A DNA stretch of 64,000 nucleotides from Lama guanicoe (taxonomy: Eukaryota), in contig MU053881.1 of the NCBI GenBank assembly GCA_013239625.1, forward strand, positions 9,075,957-9,139,956. The letters run 5' to 3'. The position numbers and the translations under genes are program-made. This document shows, piece after piece, positions 40,118-52,935 of the stretch (positions are counted from its first letter, which is position 1; each line of letters begins with the position of its first letter). The notes under the pieces are model-generated. The model searched no databases. It had not been told where the DNA came from and saw only the letters and a program-made list of their open reading frames with translations.

Positions 40118-41245
40118 GTAAAGAAAAACTGGGCAATGCCTGGCACGCAGTACATGATAAACAAGGGTTAAATCCTTTCTTCCCCCCCCCCGGCATGTCA
40201 CCAAATAGTAGAATTCCTAATTATTAAATTTGTTTAAATACTCTGTGTGTATGTGTGTATTTTTATAATATGACGAGGAAGAGTATTGCACGCTGGCTTT
40301 CAGTAATTTGTCTAAGCCGGGTGCTGGACACAAGCCTGCGGGAGCTGGTCAGTGTCTGGGAAAATGGACCACTGTCTGCAACTCAGTTACTAAGGCATTT
40401 TTATGTGACATTCTGATTTGCTCTCGATTGTTCTGGTTCTCATTGCTTTCGTTCACACCACTGGTTAGTTTCTGTGGTTATCCACAGAGGGGTGTACCCA
40501 AACACATCCTGGGGATGGCTTTTGGACAGAGAATACCTATAGCCAAAGCTTTTATAGCCTCTGTGCCCCTGGAACTCTTTGGAGCAAAACTTACAGGTGA
40601 CTTGGGGTCAAAACGTACCAAAGGGCTGAATAAAGGAGAGCAGTGAGAGGGGAAGTCAGGATGGGGCTCAAGTTTCTAAGCCATGCACAGTGAGTGGCTC
40701 AGTGTCTCAGCATCTTTCCTTCGAAACAAGCTCCCTTTCTTATGGTCTCATGCTGTCAGTGGAGTCAAATCTTCCTTGAGAGTCTCTGTCAACAACTACA
40801 CCTTCTTGGACATTAACCTTTATCCTAAATCCATCAACTCTATCAACTTCCCATCCGTCTGGTAGCTTCCAGCACTGCTATGCTAATTCCCATCCTTGTG
40901 ACTCTTCCATCGACTGTAACATCTCAAGACTGGTTTTTCTTATTTCAGGCCACTGAACATAGCACTGTCAGATTAATTTGCCAACGTTCCGTTTTTTTAA
41001 TATCGTCACACCCCAACCTCTGGAACTCTTTCAGGGCTCCACACTACCAACAAGAGATAAACACAGTTAAGAAATTGTCTTGGGTCTCTAAATCCTATCC
41101 AGGCATTAAAGGACTTCTCAATTGCTCCATTCTCTGTCTTTAGCTATGTGCAGCCCTGATCCTCCTCTGGATTTTGACCCAGATTTTCAAAAACATGGAG
41201 AAAGTAATTGGCTTGAGTTGAATCACAGTGGAATTAACCCTCCAT

Positions 41246-41281
41246 GTAGGGTTAGGGTTAGGGTTAGGGTCAGGGTTAGGG
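41246..41281 (+). repeat. Short interstitial telomeric sequence (6 units)
   Basis: GTAGGG TTAGGG TTAGGG TTAGGG TCAGGG TTAGGG. Confidence 0.9.
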
Positions 41282-42599
41282 TCCGCTAGTATCTTTCCAC
41301 TCTCAATTATATGCCATGACATTGGGGTTGAATGTCTGTTACTTTTTGACTTTACACTTATGATATTATGTATCTAATCACAGGGTGATGGGAAATATAG
41401 AATGTTGCTAACGCCCCCACATCTCTATCACCAATCAGCCTGGCTCGCTCATTTAGATCACCTGTTTAGCGCCAGTGCCCAGCTGAGTTTGTGTCCCCTG
41501 TCTCAGCCTTTGCGTCACTGAAGTGTAGCAGAGTAACCCCTAAGGAGAAGTTGGTCACAACTAAAAGTTTTAATATCACATTGTCTCATTTCCTAAGGTC
41601 CAGCTTGGTTTCCTCAGAACTATCCCTAGTATTTCCACATTTGTTTCTTTCTTTTGGCATTTTAATGGAAATAACCATACCACCACAACATTTAATAACA
41701 TCTTCCAGAAACAAGCCAGCTCTTCCATAATGACCCACTAGGCTGAGAGCATCAGCAAATGATACCCATGGGAAATAGCATGAACCGTCTGCAGAAAAGA
41801 ACAGCTACAAGGTGAAACCCATTACCTGGAATGAACACAGGGAAAGACTTTTGTTGTGGTTGTAATATATATATATATTTTTTCTTTTTCTGTTTTTTCT
41901 TTTTACGTATAGCTCTTGCAGGGATAACCTTTGGGAAAAGATAAAGATATCAAAGTTTAAGTTTTTGACCTTTCTTTTTTTAAACTAACATGGATAACAT
42001 ACTGTGAAACTTATTTACTGGGTAACATCCACTGAAGGGCTTATGAAAGTGTTCTGTTTCCTTTTAATCTTTCATATTTACTTACAAAAGATCTCTGCTT
42101 TCTAATTTACGTGTCCCTGACAAAAGAAGAAGAACACACACGTTTTCCCTGTGAAGAGTGTCACAGAAGCTTCAGCGATTGAGGGGGATTTTCGGGATGG
42201 TTTTCAAGCTTGATTTGATTGGTGCTTGTTAGGACTTCCCGTGACAACTACAGTCCTCGGCCCGAGGCTTGCTGGTCATCACCACCTCGCTGGACACCCC
42301 CCACCCTTCCTCCGTATTTTGACGTGGCTTTTTCCTCACTGGTGGCATCTTTCTCCACCCCCGTGAGCAATTTACACTGAATCCTCCCTCACCCCAACCA
42401 TGAGTCAGTCATTTTAAGGGGTTAGAAAAATGAAAACAGGATTCTGCTCAAGAAAAGGAACCTCTCAGGTAGAGTGAACCTCTCATCCTTTAGATGAATA
42501 AACTGAGACCTCAGGGGTCCTCTGACTTGTGAATGTAGGTGAGGAGCCAGCAGGGGTGGGGAGGGGCAGCTCTCCTGACGGCCATTCTGAGAAACGGTT

Positions 42600-42710
42600 T
42601 AGTGACATTTATAAGCTTCGTGATTTTGGACAAGCTTCTTAACCTCTTTGAGCCTCAGTTTCTTCATTTGCCAAGTGGGATAATGACAGAAGCTCCGTCA
42701 TAAGGCATTT
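42600..42710 (+). mobile_element. MIR core fragment
   Basis: gtgattttggacaagcttcttaacctctttgagcctcagtttcttcatttgccaagtgggataatga. Confidence 0.85.
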
Positions 42711-43839
42711 GCCTTCCTGCATCTTCCCAACACCTACTGCACAGAGACATAACAGTAGTTTCCACCTACTAAGCGCATAACTCTGCCTTTACAATTACAG
42801 TTTGTGTACCACAAACCCACCTACTGACGCCGTTTACAACGCTCTGGGATTGCTTGAGTCTTGAAACCCACACTCTCCCTGGACAGACCGCTCCCACCCT
42901 AAAGAAAGGAAGACAGCCTTTGCCCCAGTTAGAAGAGAAACTCGGAAAAACTGGAAAAGCCAAATGTTATGTGAGAAAAGCCAGAGCTCAAACCTCAGGT
43001 TGCAAAGCCCATTTATGCTGCTCCAGGAATTTTCATGTGAAACACTTGGTACCAAGCTGGTTTAATTTGTTTTGTTAATAAACTTTATATGACCCATTTT
43101 TATTTAGCATGTGTACTAGAAGCTTTTTTATATAATTTCTGAGTCCACAGTGGCGTGCTTTCCCTGAACATTTATGACGTCCCACAACTCAACTTCCAAA
43201 GAAACCCATTATGAAATTAAATGGATCCAGGTGGGTAATTTGAGAGGGTAACTATATTGCATGCAGCAAAGACAATATGTAAATATTGCGGCAATCTCTC
43301 TGACACGATATTAGAATATGAAAGAAAATGAAATCAATGAAACTATGAGATACGGAATTAATTTACTTTCAAATATTAAAAGTAATGAATCTTCTACTTA
43401 TTTTCAGATTCCTGTGACTCTTCTTAATATTATGATAATTTTTAACTCCATTCCATTACTTAACACATCTTTGCATCATGGCACTCTCCAAGTGAATGCC
43501 TGGCACTTTTTTTTCCAACAGAGTTTGCCAGAAATTGCTGTTACATCTTCAGCATTCTGGGTTTGAATAGTCTGTTGTGAAATTATTGTTTTTTGGGGTT
43601 TTTTTTGTTGTTGTTGTTTTTTTAAGTGCAACAGGATGACCAACACTTGACATGGAATTTTCTTTCTGAACAAATTGATGACAAAGTATAACCAGCCACA
43701 TTGCATGAGACCTAGAGGCTAAAACTCTATTCTGAATCCTGATCTACCCCGCTCTTTACTGAGAATGCATCTTCCCTCCAGTTTTGAGAGAGAGATAAAT
43801 AAATAAGCATCAGCTTTTAAAAAAGGTTTAACAGAAGTT

Positions 43840-44212
43840 GTTGGGATGTTACTCAGCAATAAAAGGAATGAACTCCTGATGCAGGTGACTTCATGAATGA
43901 ACCTCACAAAGATTATGCCAAGTGAGTGAAGCCACACACAAGAAACCGTCTGTATATTGTATGATTCCACAGATAGGAAATGCGCAGAAAAGGCAAATTT
44001 ACAGAGACAGAAAGTAGATGCGTGTTCACCTGGGGCTGGACATGAGAATGGGGATTAAATGGGTGTGAGGGTTCTTATGGGGGCGGGGGAGCAAAAATGT
44101 CTTAAAACTTATTTATGGCGATGGCATCTCAATACAGTTATTAAAAATCACTGAATTGCACACTGCAATGGGACAATTTTATGCTACATAAAATAGTTTT
44201 GGAAAAAAAAAA
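43840..44212 (+). mobile_element. L1MB-type 3' end
   Basis: tactcagcaataaaaggaatgaact...attgtatgattcc...aaaggcaaatttacagagacagaaagtagat...aaaatcactgaattgcacact, A tail. Confidence 0.85.
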
Positions 44213-45249
44213 CGGAAGCTGCAATTAATGCGCAACTGATTTGAAACTAATTGCAGGGCAGGCTGTTTGAGAGAGGAACGTTTTGCCTTAGTGTCATCCA
44301 AGAGTGACATCTCACTCCGCAGTGATACAGGGGGACATCTTCTCTGGGAACCCTGGTGACTTAAGCTTATCCACCGAGCACCGGGATATTGCTGAATCAT
44401 GCACGAAGCCCCCCGAGGTACCGGTGGAGGCCATTCCCAGCACTCTCCTCCACAGAAGACACTGTCCCTCCCACTACACCTCCTTCTCACACACGACATC
44501 CATGCCATGCATACTGAGGTGGCCTTAATAGTGACAGTCTTAACACATAAACTCAAATGATACCAAGGAGATTCGTCCTTGATCACTTCTTTGAATCCCT
44601 CAAGGTTTTCTAAGCACTGCACCTCCTCCGTTCAACAATGCTGCATGCCCGATCCTTTTACAGTTCCCTCATGCTTTTTTTTCCCCCTTATCTTAAATCT
44701 TTTGATACAAAGCCCTACTGAAATACTTGTACAGTACTTGACAGGGATGATAATAACAGTAGCTTTACATGGCCCAGGTAATACCAGCTCACAATAGGTT
44801 CCATGTGGTGCACAAGAGTGTGTGTGTATAGAAACGTGTACATGCACACTCTTGGTTGTAGGGAGCATGAAGAGTAGGAATGAAAAAAACAGTCTGTTTG
44901 CATGACTAATGCATCTATGGGAGGGCTACTTGAGTCCTTCTGTCAACTGTGTGCAGCCATCTCAGCAGAAAAGAGCTCATTTAGTAAATACCATCTACGC
45001 TAACGCTTGGGTTGCTGTTATTTTGAGATCATGTCTCTTTCCAGAGTCAGTGTCTCCTCATTTCCTCAGTACGTGACATTTTGGAAACCTGGGGTGCAGA
45101 CAGCGAGAAAAGGGTGTGGAGTCTGGAAAAGACTTCTTTGTTGCTCTTTTCCCAAAGAGAGAAGGCGAAGAGGAAGCCACCGGTGAACGAGTGTCATTCT
45201 GTGCCAGGTTCGGGGGTGCGCTGGTGGGTCCTCTGTCTCTGTTCCTTTA

Positions 45250-45400
45250 TTTAGTCCTTGTAACAACTCTCAGAAGCTGGCTTTATCCTCCCCTTTTCAC
45301 TGAAGAGGAGGCTGAAGCTCAGGGAAAGTTTAAGAATTAGCCCAGGTTCACTGAGCTAGTGAGGGAGGCAGATAGACTTCACTCTAATTCCTGTTTGTTT
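45250..45400 (-). mobile_element. MIR SINE fragment
   Basis: ttttcactgaagaggaggctgaagctcagggaaagtttaag...gcccaggttcactgagctagt. Confidence 0.7.
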
Positions 45401-45916
45401 CACGATTAAAATTGACTTTGATGTTTAGTAACCTTAACGATCTTCATAATATTTAGTAAAGCGTTACAGGGGTGTGTTCTGCTCCCTGGCCAACTCCAAA
45501 AGGAACGTTTGAGGGATGAAACATCAAGAATTCTGGGAAGGAAAAAAAAGTGACTTTTTTTTTTTCAAGAAAATCAACATGCTTGTTTGTTTGTTTGCTG
45601 AAACCTCCTGATAAATTCCTTACTTCCTCAATGAACTGCCTAATTAGTAGGGGTGTCTTTGTAATTATAATGACCTCCTTCTGCAATCAGCCATGACATG
45701 CAGGTGATAAATTATTGGTCTCCTGTCTCATTATGGGGAACTACTCTCCGTGGCTTATTTGGTTCTGTGAGTCTGCTGTAATGGAAATAAGTAGGTGACA
45801 CACTTTGATGCAAATCTGTTTAAGTTTCATGATGAACTTCAATGAACGTATGTACTAACCCAGGAAGATCTTATAACTGAACGTTATCGTCACGTTTACC
45901 TTATTAAATCACTTAC

Positions 45917-46105
45917 AGCAGAAGTTCTCAAATTGAGCGTGCATCAAAATTCCCTGGAGGGCCTGATAAAGCACAGATTGTTCAGGTGGCTCCTGCGGTT
46001 TTCATTCGGTGGGTCTAAGATCTGCTAAAGAGTTTATAGCATTTTGGATAATTTCTCAGATAATGCTGATATACTAATTTAGGAACCCATCTTTGGGAAT
46101 CACTA
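45917..46105. mobile_element. MER5A-like element
   Basis: gttctcaaattgagcgtgcatcaaaattccctggagggcctgataaagcacagattg...ctttgggaatcact. Confidence 0.85.
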
Positions 46106-46589
46106 ACTCAAAAGAAAGAAGCACCTAGAGAAATTTTTTTTCTGATGTCTTTTACTTTCCTCTATAGGTAAGAATACATTTCATAAGTTTTATGCAATTT
46201 CAGTTTCTGAACCCATTCAAAAAGAATTCAGTTCTGCTTTACACAATTTAATTCAGCAGCACTGCGGTCTTGATTATTAGAATTTCAAAATACGTTTTTC
46301 CACTTTCCAAGTAATTTGCAATTTTTTGTTACTTGATTCTCACAACCATTTGACTGCTTGGGCATGGCTAATATATTACTATATTATAGATGAGATGTCC
46401 CTACATAATAGGTGAGATGGCTAAAGCCTTGGGTCATTAAATAGACTTGTCCATACAGCTTAGAAAGAATTGAAATTGGTGTGATTTTGATTCAAAATCT
46501 TACATTTTTAAATTTTACCAATATATGTATCACGTGTGAGTATATGTCTCTTTAGACACAACCAGATAGATGAAAATAAAGGCAAGTGA

Positions 46590-46750
46590 CAAAATGACAA
46601 TGCACTGGGACAGCAGTTAGGAAACTTGGGACCTAATTTCCTGGGTCTGCTCTAACAGGCTGTGTCCTCTTGGACACAAACCATGGATGCAAACAGACTT
46701 CAGTCTACTCATCTATAAAATGAGAGGTGGACCAGACAGCTGATCTTCCT
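46590..46750 (+). mobile_element. MIR/MIR3 fragment
   Basis: tctgctctaacaggctgtgtcctcttggaca...cttcagtctactcatctataaaatgagagg. Confidence 0.65.
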
Positions 46751-46899
46751 TCCTCTGCCAGCTTATTCATTCAGGGAAGAAGTGTTCATTAAGAATTTAC
46801 CATATACCAGGCATTGTTTTAGGCCCTGAAGACAAAGAGATGAGTGAGAGACCTGACATGTCATGAAGCTTACATTCTTAGGTGCACAAACCAGCTCAT

Positions 46900-46912
46900 C
46901 TGAAGTTGTGGT

Positions 46913-46953
<41 letters not shown>

Positions 46954-47428
46954 GGAATACTACACAGCCATAAAAAAGAATAAAATAATGCCATTTGCAG
47001 CAACATGGATGGGCCTGGAAATCACCACAGTAAGCCAGAAAGAGAAAGAGAAACACCGTATGATATTACTTATATACGGAATCTTAAAAAAAAATGAGGG
47101 GGTAGGGCACAAATGAACTTACTTACAAAACAGAGACAGACAGACATAGAAAATAAACTTATGGTTACCAGGGGAGAAAGGGAGTGAGGAGGGATAAATT
47201 GGGAGTTCAGGATTTCTACATACTACTATATATAAAACAGATAAATAACAAGGTCTTAATGTACAGCACAGGGAACCATATTCAATACCTTGCAGTGGCC
47301 TATAAGGAAAAAGAATATGAAAAGGAATATATGTATATATGTGTGTGTGTACACGTGTATAAATGAATCGTTGTACACCAGAAATTAGCACAACGTTGTA
47401 AATGGATTATATACTTCAATTAAAAATT
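46900..47428 (+). mobile_element. Cetartiodactyl-type L1 3' end with internal (AC)18 at 46915-46950
   Basis: caatggaatactacacagccataaaaaagaataaaataatgccatttgcagcaacatggatgg...aaacttatggttacca...gggataaattgggagtt...tatacttcaattaaaaa. Confidence 0.92.
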
Positions 47429-48099
47429 ACAATGAAAATCAGAAATAAATAAATTAATTAAATGGTGATGATATCTGCAGATAAAATAAAATAAAACTGA
47501 GTTAAGATAGTAGAGAATGACCGTGTCCTCAAAGCTCCACTGTAGGTAAGAGTCAAGGTTCTCCCTAAAGAAAGTGATCCTTTAGTGGACCTTTGGGTGG
47601 AAAAAAAAAAAGAAAAAAAACAAGGAGCCAGCCACCTAAAGTGATGGGGAAATCATGTAGCAGACAGAGCTACAATAAATGCAAAAGATCCTGAGATATA
47701 AAGCAGCTTGATTTTTCTGAGAAATAGGAAGCAGGTCAGCATTCGGGAGTGGGGAGAGTAAGCAAATGGTAAGAGACCAAGTTTGGAATGGTACCCAGAG
47801 CCAGATCATTTAGAATCATTTTGAGCCTTTTTTTGTTTGTTTGAGTGACATTTACTGAATACCTCATTAGTGGGGGTGTTTCCATGAAAAACACAGAGTT
47901 AAGATGACCCTAAAATGTTCCTGTAACATAAGGTAAAAATCCCACGAGCATTTCCCTAGCTCTCCACTCTCTGAGAGGCGCACGTAACAGGCGACGGGCT
48001 GCGGTCCAGCCCCGCGAGGGGTCAGCAGAGGCTGCTGAGGCCAGTTCAGCCCAATAGATATCTTTTTGATCTTCTTTTCCTTTTGGCAGGCCACACATT

Positions 48100-48505
48100 C
48101 TTTTATTTTATTTGTTACTTTATAATTTTTATTTTATTTTTTATTAAAGTATAGTCAGTTTACAATGTTGTGTTAGTTTCAGGTGTGATTCAGGTTCTTT
48201 CTCATTATAGGTTATTACAAGATATTGAATACAGTTCCTTGTACTGTACAGTAGGTCCTTGTTGTTTATCTATTTTATATATAGTAGTGTGTATCTGTTA
48301 ATCCCAAACTCCTAATTTATGCCTCCCCTTAGTTTGTTTTCTGTCTGTGAGTCTCCTTCTGTTTTGCAAGTAAGTTCATTTGTGTCACTTTTTTTTTTTT
48401 TGGATTACCATAGTAAGTGAAGTAAGTCAGACGGATAAAGACAAATATCCTATGATATCACTTATATGTGGGATCCAAAAAAATGATACAAATAAACTTA
48501 TTTTA
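48100..48505 (-). mobile_element. L1 3' end with 5' inversion (minus segment about 48100-48406, inverted plus segment about 48407-48503)
   Basis: T-rich tail then antisense L1 3' UTR; abrupt switch to sense aagtgaagtaagtcagacggataaagacaaatatcctatgatatcacttatatgtgg. Confidence 0.85.
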
Positions 48506-48799
48506 TATCTACTATTATTTTCTTTTTTGAGTCTTCAAGGCCACCCTAAGCACTTAGAGGTCTCTTATATGAGAAAGGCATGACCTGATGGAGGCTAAAA
48601 TGACTCACTGGTTCTACGGGTACTGAATAAAGTGTACACGAGTGAACATCTACACATAAAAACCCACTTAAAAAATTCTGACCTTTATATAAATGTTTTC
48701 CCCTAGTTTATTTGGCACGTGAATGGGAACATACAAATTAATACACCAGCCAAAACTGTGCCTTCGCCACCGACACTTTAAGGATATTACTAAGTATTA

Positions 48800-49400
48800 T
48801 AAACATGGGCAACTCAAATAATAATTAGGGGGAAAATCATATGGAAATTGCTAACAAACTCATTAGAGTGTGCTTAATTACTGCCGTGAAGGGTTAGCGA
48901 GAGGATTGGAGCTCACCAAATAAATCTGTTTGCACATGGATTGATAGGCTTGTATCATAATTACTCACAGCTGTTGGACTTTTCGAAGTTTATTAGGAAC
49001 TTAACTCCAAAACTTTCAGGCCGAAAAGAATTTTTTAAAAGGGAAGTGTTAGCCCAGTGCCAGTTAACGTGAGCAAGGAGAATTTTCCTAGCAATTCCTT
49101 CTGGAGACAACTTACAGAGCAACTACAGAGCTCCTCATTATATGTAATGAAGTGGACCTGCTCACTTCTGATTTTCACACGCTTTTCCAGAAGGAGCAAA
49201 GCCTCCTGATTGAGACTGCTTGAACCCTGGGAGGAGAAGTTGCATGTAATATGTGCTCCAATTACAAAATGACCTCGGAAAACAGGCTTGATGCCTGATG
49301 CATTCATTTGAAAGCAATTCTTGGCTAAATTGATCTTTAAATAAGCTATCTATACTCCTGTTAATTTAATAGATCAACTGACATCAGGAGAGGACAGGAG
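48800..49400. promoter_or_regulatory. Candidate conserved non-coding element / developmental enhancer
   Basis: Repeat-free; TAATTA at 48822, 48875 and 48958; CAGCTG at 48968; conservation not testable here. Confidence 0.4.
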
Positions 49401-50189
49401 TGCTACATCCTTCACACGCTGTCTTCTAGCTGACAGCGAAGCCTTCTTTCTTGGTGATTCATTCACTATGCTTTATAAATTAGAAGAAATGTACAGGGTC
49501 CCTGAAATACAGCTGTGCCCAATAGCGTCTTCTTACTCACCATCAATCAGAAAATTAATATTGCGCCCAGGCTAGCAATTCTGGTCTCCATCTGATTTTT
49601 GGCCTATTGAACTGATGGCTGCTGTCTGGACTTGGGAGTGCTGCTGAGGACAGATAAAGTGATTATTTGTACCTAAGTGATCTCCTTTGTTTCTAAGCCT
49701 CCTTTTCAGGTCAGCTTTTGAAAAGTGCTAAGATTATCTAATGAGGACAATTTAAAAAGAAAACAATAACTTGAGAACCAAAGGTTTTCACACTCAGTGG
49801 ATTTCCCATTGTGCATGCACGGGCGTGCTCTCACATATTCTGCCAATATAAACCAAATCACAGTATTAAAAAATCTTTTATAAGCTGGCCTTTTTAATCC
49901 TTGTAGTCATACACCTTGCATTCCAGACTCCCTAAACATTAATTTGTCTTCAGATTTACATTGGACATCCATGCCTAATTCATCTCATTCCTTCTTCCTG
50001 AAATGCACTTCCTAATTTGAATTGAAGTCCCACACAACCCTTCAAGGACCAAATCAGCATATCTTCCTATGAAAAAGTCTTGCCTCACTCTATTCCAGGC
50101 AAAAATCCATATGTAAATAAACTGTTTTGAACACTATTATTCCTCATCTATTAACATGCAAACAGCAGCAGCAACAATTGTAGTGAGAG

Positions 50190-50420
50190 TAAACACTTGC
50201 ATTGTTCTAAATTCTTTGTTCCAAGCTCCCTGTCCTGAGTACTGTGTATCCTACCATCTCGTTTAATCTTTACAGTAGCCCTGTGACACAGGTGGCTTTG
50301 TTTCCTTCATTTTGTACGTGCGCAACAGAGACAATGAGAGAGCAAGTCACTCATTCTGGTTCGCCCAGAATGTAAAGAGAGCTGAGCCAGATTTTGGATC
50401 TAGTTAACGTGGCTCTTCGC
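50190..50420 (-). mobile_element. MIR SINE
   Basis: atctcgtttaatctttacagtagccctgtga...agagctgagccagattttggatctag. Confidence 0.65.
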
Positions 50421-52003
50421 TCCTCCGCTGTGCCTCAGTGCCAACTGCGCAGGGGGGACTTGGACGTATTAGAACACATCTAAAGTGCCTGCCATGGTAT
50501 CTCAAACGTAACTCAGGAAGTGGTGGTTATCTTATTAGCACATGCAATAAAACTATTATAAAAATAAATGGTAAACATGTAAGATTCCAAGTCTTGAAAA
50601 CCCTAAGTATTGAAGGAGTCGTGGGCTTCCTTCTGCCTTTACTTACACTTGTCAAAAAATATCTTAGACCAGATTTTACATACAGATAATTTCCATGACT
50701 CAGCTTAAATGACATCTAGAAGATTGGTGTTGATCATTTCTACGTATTTACACACCCTTACTTTTCACCTTAATTTCTTCCCTGTAATCTCGTTTAGCTC
50801 TGTACCATTTTCCACCTCTAGTAATTATCAGTAGCATGTTACAGAGTATCTTAACCTGCTACAATATATCATAAGTGCACTGTTAGGCTTACCACTATTA
50901 AGGCTCCCAACCCACCTTTCTTCTACTGTCTCCCACCAGAATGGAGAATAAAGTCATATGTTATTTCCAGGAAAAAAAAAAGGTAAGTAATAAGGAATCT
51001 GATACGATATTATTTAGTGCTCTTTTCTTATGTCAAATGTCAGTCTGTCATTTTTGGCAGATGTTCTATAAATCAGCCATCACAACTTGAATGCATGAGT
51101 CCGCAACTCACATCTGTGGCTCTGATGTAGCAGAAGCAGTCGATAATATTAAGTAAGTAAATGAACGAGCGAAATGAATGAACAAACTAATCGTAGAAGC
51201 TTCTGGATGGGTTTTGCTCTCTCCTCCATCTTTCCCTAAGGCACAATGTTCAATCCATCAAAAATCAAATATTAAGCCACTGAAGCATGGATTAAATCAA
51301 CTTTTTCCTTCCATTTCCATGAGTTATTATTTAAGATAAAATCCACAAAGCAATATTTTTCAAAGTCTACATCCTGAAGTAAAACACGGAAATTATCTGA
51401 TTAATGCAGATAGCCACTCACCAATTTATATTCTTGAACTCAAGAGAATCATTTAGCTAATTGTATAGGTGATTATTATGCTTTTCACAGAAGTGTGTAT
51501 CATGCATTTAGAATTTTTAAATTGCGTCTCCAAGCGAATCCTCTTAAATCTAATTATTATATACTCAGAATTTTCCATAATCATCTGGAAGATTTATTTA
51601 TTTATTTAAAGAAAAAGTGCTTTTAAATATGTGGAAGTCCTCTTGTGAGAAGGTGAATCAAACATTTTTAAAAAGTATAATTAAGTAGGCTTTTTAAAAT
51701 GTAGGCTGAAACATACATTAAAATAACTGGTCAATGAAAAAAAAACCCTTTTCCTCATATATTTCTTGCCACATATTTAAAGTTGACTGTGTGATCACCT
51801 CCCCCAAAAGACTGTATCAGTAATTTATTAATAGTCAGAATTCTGATATTCAAGGAAATGCTCTGATGTTTCAGAAACTATTTTGCGATAAAGTGCTGAA
51901 CGAACTATTGAGTTGGGAGAATGGCTGAAATTCTTTGAGCATCCCATGCGACTGGTGATTTGATCTACTGAGAATACAGATATACACTTAGAGAACATTC
52001 TCA

Positions 52004-52106
52004 GGGGGAAGAAGTAGGGAAGGAAAGAAGAAAGGAGGGAAGAAACAAGGGAAGAAAGGAAGGAAGGAAGGAAGAAAGAAACAGGAAGAAAGTGTGGGAG
52101 GGAGGG
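52004..52106. repeat. Polypurine (GGAA/GAAA)n low-complexity tract
   Basis: Direct read. Confidence 0.85.
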
Positions 52107-52849
52107 TGTGGTGATTTGTTTCTCAGTGACCTTGTATAGAAACAATAGAAAAATGAGTTTTCACCACTCTATCAGTGCTGTCAAACCTATTTATATATGA
52201 TAGTGTTCATATCAGTTTTTAATAAAAGGCACAAACCCACACTATATGTATACTTATTTATAAAAGATATACTTCTCTATTACATAAGCTGAATTACACA
52301 TTATTAAATGCACACATTTGCAAGGATGTGAAACACCAGATAAGTGAAAAGAAGTTCAGTAGCTCCTCCCTGCACCACCTCTGAGAAACGCTACTCCAGA
52401 GAAAGGCAATGACACCATTTCAAAACACAGGATTTCTCACCTGGGACTTCGACACGCCCGTATACCCCCCAGCACTGTGGTCTGCTAAAAAGTTAACCGT
52501 GGACCTATCATCTAAAATCAATGCCTAAATCTTTTAGTTAATTTCAGATAAATCTCTTTTTTGGTGCTCATTTCTTTGTCTTCAGCCAAAAAAAAAAAAA
52601 AAAGAAGAAGAAGAAGAAAGAAAGAAAGAAAATAGTTTTCAAGGACAAACGGAATGCTTTCGGGAGGATTTTGATATCCTGGAGATTTGTCTAACAGTTC
52701 CTTCCCGGCTGAGTAAGTTGGGGAACGTAGGGGATTCAGGTGGTACTGCTTAATGTTAAGTATGTGGAAAAAGTACTTTATTTACAGAGCCATCAATTTT
52801 CTTTGTGAAGCTAGGGCTGCAGAGAGAACACTGGGCTATGAATCAAAAG

Positions 52850-52935
52850 ATGCGGGTGCAGCATGAGAAGTGATTCCGGGACTAAATATTTGGATGACCT
52901 TGACCAAGTCATTTAACTTTTCTGTGTCTCCCTTA
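52850..52935 (+). mobile_element. MIR core fragment
   Basis: tgaccttgaccaagtcatttaacttttctgtgtctc. Confidence 0.7.

Larger units (their letters stand above)
46763..48635 (-). mobile_element. L2 element split by two later L1-related insertions
   Basis: attcattca...taccaggcattgttttagg...gaagcttacattct (46763-46885); resumes about 47440-47829 (gagccagatcat) and 48525-48635 (gagtcttcaaggcca...aaaatgactcactgg). Confidence 0.7.

Noticed and set aside
41235..41281. Ancestral telomere-telomere fusion site
   Set aside because: Only six units, and the orientation is opposite to the TTAGGG-then-CCCTAA fusion signature
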